This document shows positions 1 to 64,000 of a stretch of DNA of 64,000 nt, one piece after another. The notes under the pieces are model-generated. The model was not told the origin of the DNA, did no database searches, and saw only the letters and a program-made list of their open reading frames with translations. Every line of letters begins with the position of its first letter. Positions within the stretch are counted from its first letter, which is position 1. The DNA is from Flaccisagitta enflata (taxonomy: Eukaryota), in NCBI GenBank assembly GCA_965153355.1, contig OZ231126.1, forward strand, positions 2,852,001-2,916,000. Direction: 5' to 3'. Made by a program: the position numbers and the translations under genes.

Positions 1-379
1 AGGTAGGTGCTGAAACTTCGTGTCGCACTTATTTCTGCAGGTTGGTGCTTGAACATTAGATGGCGCCTTTGATTTTCTTCCCTACGACGTGTCGCGTTGT
101 ATTACAAAATCTATGATTTTCTTCCCTATAAAGCAAAAGAACAGTATCATGTAGGTTTAAATATTGTTAAATTGAGTTGTAGTAATAATATTATACTTCT
201 TGGTACTACCAAAAGTGCTAAATCTTCAAAAAAAATTTTTTTCTTTTTTTCAAGCTTTTGATTTTTTCCCCATCTCCAAACCCTTTGATTTTATTCTCCC
301 CCTCCCCCCACCGGGGGGAAGAAATACTCAACTTTATACACGCCTGCAGTGAAACATCAATACTCTTTTATTCATTCAG

Positions 380-5240
<4,861 letters not shown>

Positions 5241-6067
5241 CCCTAAAGATGGTTTCGACGAGACAACAACCGCATCTCCTAAAAGAACTAACCTAAGACC
5301 AACTGAACCAATGAGGCCACATTAACTCTAAAGATGGTGTCTACGCGACGCCACAACGACCGCGGCTCCCAAACCAATGAGTTTACAACCAACCCAAACC
5401 CATCAAGCCACATCATCCGTGAAGATTTGTTTCCTCCCATTTCGGACATTTGTGCCTTTTGTGTCTTTCTTAGTTATTGTTCAACATGAATTAAAATCAA
5501 TCTTGATTTTGTTGATGATCATGAAAATAGGGGAGCTTACCCGTCTAGGTTTTTCAAATACCAATTTGTCGTCTGAGTTCTGACTAAGGTTTTAGAAGAC
5601 TTGATTGTGAATACAGTTGCGCCTGATATAATCTTTTATAAAAAAAAACCACGTCTACCACAGTCGCGTGCGGGTGGGCAGGGGCCATATTTGAGGTCAC
5701 TGGAGCATTTGGGCAGGAGCAGTAAGGTCAAAGAATAAAAAACTTTAAAAAAGGAGAATGTGGCCGACCGACCAACCGACCGACGGACAAAGCGGGTTGT
5801 AGAGCCGCGCAGCACGCGACTTAAAAAAAAAAAAACACACAGACAAAAGACAAACATTGACATAAAATTCTCAGTCCTCAACTCTTTTTCCGCATACGAC
5901 TTACGCGCATCCTTTTTCGGTTTTTGCGTGCGCAAAAGGACGTCTATTCAGACAAACCGACTAACGGACTGATAAACTGACTCATGGAGCGCGCGGGCCC
6001 ATTGGGCTTGATAAGATGCGTCCTCGGAACTTCATCTACAACGATGACAATAACAGCAATGATGACC

Positions 6068-6467
<400 letters not shown>

Positions 6468-7505
6468 CTGAACTGAAAACAACCCGCCCTTTCAAAGGGA
6501 AACCCGGTCGAGGGGAAAGATGCTCGTTCAGGGCAATCAAACCCGGCCAGATAGAAAAATCCTCGTTCAGGGCCAAATTCGAATAAGCATCAGAAAAAAG
6601 CTCTACGATCTTGGCTCATTCACTTTTGACTGTTTCTGTTTTGGCAACTTTTGCTCCTTAATCAAAGCGGGATACAAGGCACTAAGGGCGTTTTTTAGGT
6701 GATTAGGCGAATAAATGGTGAATTTTCTATGTCATTTTCTGATTGGTATACCTTTAGAAAAGCCTTTTAGAAAGTGATCTGCACTGGTTTTATATGATAC
6801 TTTATCTTGCATTACCCAGAAAGTAACTTAAAGTATTGTTCTCCTCTGTATATCATTACTGAGGAAGAAAAAAAATCCATTGCCGCCTTTTGCCATGGAA
6901 AACTTAGGCTCTACCTGTAGCTATGGTTATAACGATTCCAAGTTTAAAATCTGGAGATACACTTTTTATCACTTTAGGAGATATTGCACATGGAAAAAAG
7001 TTGCAATATCTGTTCATTGCCTGCTGGAAATCAATCATCGCATCTTTCATTGATAATTTCACCCAAAAAAACGGGACCTAAAGGCAGCAGAGGGACAGGA
7101 GAGACAGGAGAAGCTGCAGGGGTGGTGAGAGTACTTTGTTTTTAATGCACTTTCCTGCAATTACAAGGGCGGTCTCTATGTAGCAAAGTATGAACCATTT
7201 CTTTCACAGACTTTAGACAGATGGTACAGACGGGTCCCAACCTTAAATATGCCTCCGTGCAAGGGCAACAAGGCCAACTTAGTTACTTGCGAAATTGTGA
7301 GTGACTGTAAGGAATGAAGGTAAAGCCAAGCATTTGGGCTGAAGTGATGATGTCAAAAACTACCCTTAACGTCAACTTCAACGAGTTTATAGGTTGTAAG
7401 CACGCGACTTTATAACCTGCTGTCTGTTGGTCCGTCCGTTGGTCGGTTGGTCTGTCCGTTCATCCACAACACTTTCTTTTTGTTTTTGTCTTTTTTAAAC
7501 GTTTA

Positions 7506-7995
7506 CACTTTTTTTTTTTTATAAGAACGTCATTTTTTGAGCAAGCCTTCAATGTTCTTAAATCTTATGCAGTTTCAAGGCTTGAACGTTCTTAAATTGT
7601 TCTTAATTCAAACGCACTATTTAGCCTTCAATTAAGAACATTCTTAATTAGTTTTAAGTTGGTCATTAAGGAGAAAATGAAGGAAAATGTCAATGAAACA
7701 ATAAAGAAGCAGATTTAAATGAATTAAGATCAATAAAAGTAGAAAAATATATGCTATATAAAGTGAGACATGATTTGCTGAACAGAAAAGATATGGAGTC
7801 TGTCCATTTACAAAGAACAATTGATTAAAAAAAGCCCAGAAAAAAAATGATCTTAGATTTTTATGATTTCAAGCCTAATGTTCTTAATTTTTTCAAGAAA
7901 TGAAGCCTTCCAATGTTCTTAGCATGTTCTTAAATTTTTGACGATTTGAAGCCTAACGTTCTTATAAACTTGGTTCTTATACAAAAAAATAAGTG
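7506..7995. mobile_element. TA-flanked MITE nested in a family B element
   Basis: TA|CACTTTTT..ATAAGAAC ... GTTCTTAT..AAGTG|TA inverted ends. Confidence 0.6.
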
Positions 7996-8036
7996 TACTG
8001 GCGGTTTTTGCATTCCCCCCACCCCTTGCCAAAGTA

Positions 8037-8804
8037 CACCGTTTTTAAATCGAAATGGCAAATAGTAAACCTTTGTAGCTCTAAAACTACTAGCCCAAAA
8101 GCTTTCAAATTTTCAGTGAATGTTGGAAACAATTGACCATTTTGTTATATCCAAATTGGATATTATAACTGAATAGTTTTGGGTCAGTAAAACAAAAAAA
8201 AATATGCCCAATTTTCAGGGCTGAATTTTCTTTCTTGCTTTATTTGAGAAGATTTGTTTTTATCAATATACAGATGTCAAAAAAATTGAGCTAGAACTCC
8301 GGGGTTGGTCTCAAATGATAGGAAGTTTTTAGAGATTACAAACTTACCTAAAAAATTGAAAAAAGTTGGATATAGATTGATGTTATCATTGGTTTTTGGC
8401 AATCATTGCTAAAATCCAGACTGTCAATCATTTGAAAATCATTCAAATCTTCATAAATACAATAAAATAATAAAATTTTCAAGCAGAACTTATATTCATG
8501 ATTTGTAACTCTTCATTTAAGACCAACCCCAGGGTTCAAGCATGCTTAATCAGGAAAAAAACATTAAAAGGAAAAAGATTCTTCCAAGTATAGCTGGGAC
8601 AAATTGTTTTTTTTTTTTTTTCCATAAAATTGATAGCTTTTCAATGCTTTAATGACCCCCAATCTATTCAGTTATAAAATCTGAGTTTTGGCATGACAAA
8701 ATAGTCAGTTGTTACTAACATTCACTGAAAATTTGAAGGCTTTTGGGCTAGTAGTTTTGGAGCTACAAAGGTTTACTATTTGCCATTTCGATTTAAAAGC
8801 GGTG
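8037..8804. mobile_element. TA-flanked MITE with long TIRs (Tc1/mariner-type TSD)
   Basis: CACCGTTTTTAAATCGAAATGGCAAATAGTAAACC is matched by its reverse complement at about 8770-8804; TA on both sides. Confidence 0.8.
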
Positions 8805-9504
8805 TATATGATTAGCCCATCTTACAATACCTACTGCCCACCCGCACGTGTACGTGTATCCAGCCTTGTACTACATCATTTATGAATCTTTCCTTATTAT
8901 AAGGATAATGCCGTCGATTAAATACACTCACATTTTCCATTTCAGTATCTATGCTATTTTTCCGATTTCAACCCAATACCGATTATTACTTTCATAATAA
9001 CCTTAAAAACAAACAAACAAAAAATCAACATCTACAATGTTCTGAAGCATTATGCATGCGACTCCTATAATAACATTTAAACGATCTGAAATGACTTTTA
9101 TTTGCGGAGGCTGTGAAATTTGCAAATAAAACAACAACAAACAAAACAAATGCAAAACGCTACAACGCAAAGGAAAAGCAATAAAAAAGTGGTTGCCATA
9201 CAAAAATTGCGGTCATCTGATATTCTTCGGAACAAGCCTGTTTTGTTCATCAAACACGAAGTAAATAAACATTTTATTTCATACATATGAGTACTCCCAT
9301 CCGGGATCGAAATCAGAAATACACCTACGCTTAATCTCTTACCAACCATAATCTCATCCAAGGTTCTAAACGTAATCTCATCCGAGGCACCAAACGTAGT
9401 CTCATCCGAGATACCAAACGTAATCTTATCCGAGATTTCAATCTCCATTTACAATCTGATCCATCTTATGCAAATTAAGATTTGGTCGTCGTTGAATTTG
9501 AAAA

Positions 9505-62398
<52,894 letters not shown>

Positions 62399-62616
62399 AG
62401 ACTATGAAAACAGTCTTGGAAAAAATATGTCCTTCTTCAATGGAACGTACCAACCTACTGTCCGTGTATTATTGCCTCAATGATCTATTCGACGCGTGAG
62501 TTCGTGTTGCCGATTTGTTTACATTTTTTGCTTGATTGATTGTTCTTTTAGTCTGAGTGATTCATTGTTTGATTTTTTACCGTGTGTTTTTGTCACTGAT
62601 TGATTTCTTTCGATTG

Positions 62617-62735
62617 TTGTGTTGGTGTGAGTGTTAAGTGTGTTGGTACGAGTGTTAAGTGTGTTGGTACGTGTGTTAAGTGTGTTGGTACGAGCGTTAA
62701 GTGTGTTGGTGCGAGTGTTAAATGTGTTGGTGCTA
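62617..62735 (+). repeat. 21-bp tandem repeat downstream of the SLCO stop
   Basis: GTGTTAAGTGTGTTGGTACGA, about 5 copies. Confidence 0.85.
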
Positions 62736-63629
62736 GTCTTGGTGCAAGATGTGGGCGAACCACCTGTTCACAAAATGTCAGTCAGTGGCCATTCATTGCA
62801 ACGACATAATTGACAGCTTGGTCCATCCACGGACAGCTTGGTACAACTGACTGACTGATTGGTCCATCAACTGACTGCTTGGTGCGTCAATTTAAACTGA
62901 CTTGTCTGGACCAACTGACTGCTTGATCAGTCAACTAACTGCTTGGTCATTCACTGACTGCTTGCGCCGTCCATCAAAGGAATATGGAGGAATCACATTT
63001 TGCTGATTTCTCTCTCGCGCGCGCGCATTCACATTTCCACTTCTAGCAAGTTTTAAAAAAGAATTTTAATGATAAACCGATTATGAAATCTGAATTTCCT
63101 CTATGCCACTCTCATGACATTTTCTTCAACTATCCGTGTTTATAGCATGATAATTTTTTTATCTTTTAGAGGTTTAATGTAACGAGGTGAAAACGTTTTA
63201 TGTTAAACTAGATTATTTAACAGTTAGTACAGGTCATGCCCCTTTAAACGGTTATTCACTGATTGATCTATTTGTTTTCTGATTCACTGATTGATTTATT
63301 AGTTTTCTGTTCGCGTTTTTGAATCCGCGGTGCAAGGGGGAGGGGGTGTTCAAAGGTTGTGCTCAAGTTTTCTCTTGTTTATAAGTCGCGCAGTAGCTAC
63401 TAGCGACTCTATGGAAGTCTTTGTCTGTCCTTCGGTCGGTCCGTTGCTATGTTGGTCCTTAATGGACAAATTGAAAGGTGTACAAACGAGCATTTAACAT
63501 GCTGCGCGCGTGTTGGGGGACGTGGAAAGAGTTGTGCGTCCCTGTCCACCCGCCCGCGACGATATTGTAACCCCGCGTTACTTGTTGACAAGCTGCAGTT
63601 GAGACGAAGTAAAATGGCTTGGGAAGACT

Positions 63630-63760
63630 TTTTAGGTGCGACAAAGCACCTCTATAACTGGCTGTGTCCGTTGGTCGTTTGGTCGATTGGTCTGTCTGTT
63701 GGTAACGCATTTGTTCGACGATCCACACGTCGCACCTTATTGGCCTACTTGGCCTTGTTT
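63630..63760 (+). mobile_element. Family B variant (TTTAGGTGCGACAAAGCACCTCTATAAC...GGCCTACTTGGCCTTGTT)
   Basis: Reverse-strand homologues at 19706-19846 and 37624-37740. Confidence 0.7.
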
Positions 63761-64000
63761 TTTCCTTATCAACATTTACTAATAATCATTTTTTCTTTAA
63801 ATCAAGTAGAGCATTTATTTGTCATTCTTTGCATCCTTCCCAATTGATCAAAGATCATGTCTGTTTTGTTTTGTTTTTTTTCTCATCATGTTTGTTAATT
63901 CTAACACACACAACTTTTTGTGTGTGCTTTTCATGATTTTCAACTTTTCACTTTTTTGTATCATGGTCAATAAGTATATTTCCATTGACTGTTTATTATC

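Noticed and set aside
7078-7130. Possible 5' UTR exon of SLCO ending at GTG|GTGAGA
   Set aside because: Only a donor-like motif; cannot be supported without transcripts.

Overview
AT-rich, repeat-dense eukaryotic (invertebrate metazoan-like) DNA with GT-AG introns. Three genes were reconstructed by hand, with every intron phase consistent. (1) The 3' four coding exons of a TMEM106-family gene (+, 380-5240). (2) A complete 18-exon SLCO/OATP transporter (+, 9505-62398, about 884 aa). (3) A 4-exon antisense gene nested in SLCO intron 5 (-, 24512-32230, about 934 aa) that joins a permuted papain-like His/Asn-Cys domain, a degenerate NERD/PD-(D/E)XK-like segment and a Schlafen-like SF1 helicase. 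The most unusual feature is that about 19 of the 34 SLCO splice junctions, plus a TMEM106 donor and the TMEM106 stop region, are copied as tandem repeats of 1 to 30 units made of an exon end plus adjacent intron. Donor copies run downstream and acceptor copies run upstream, always into the intron, so the ORF stays intact. The rest is microsatellites, Helentron/HINE-like short elements and many nested non-autonomous TIR elements with readable TSDs. All coordinates and copy counts were read by eye.
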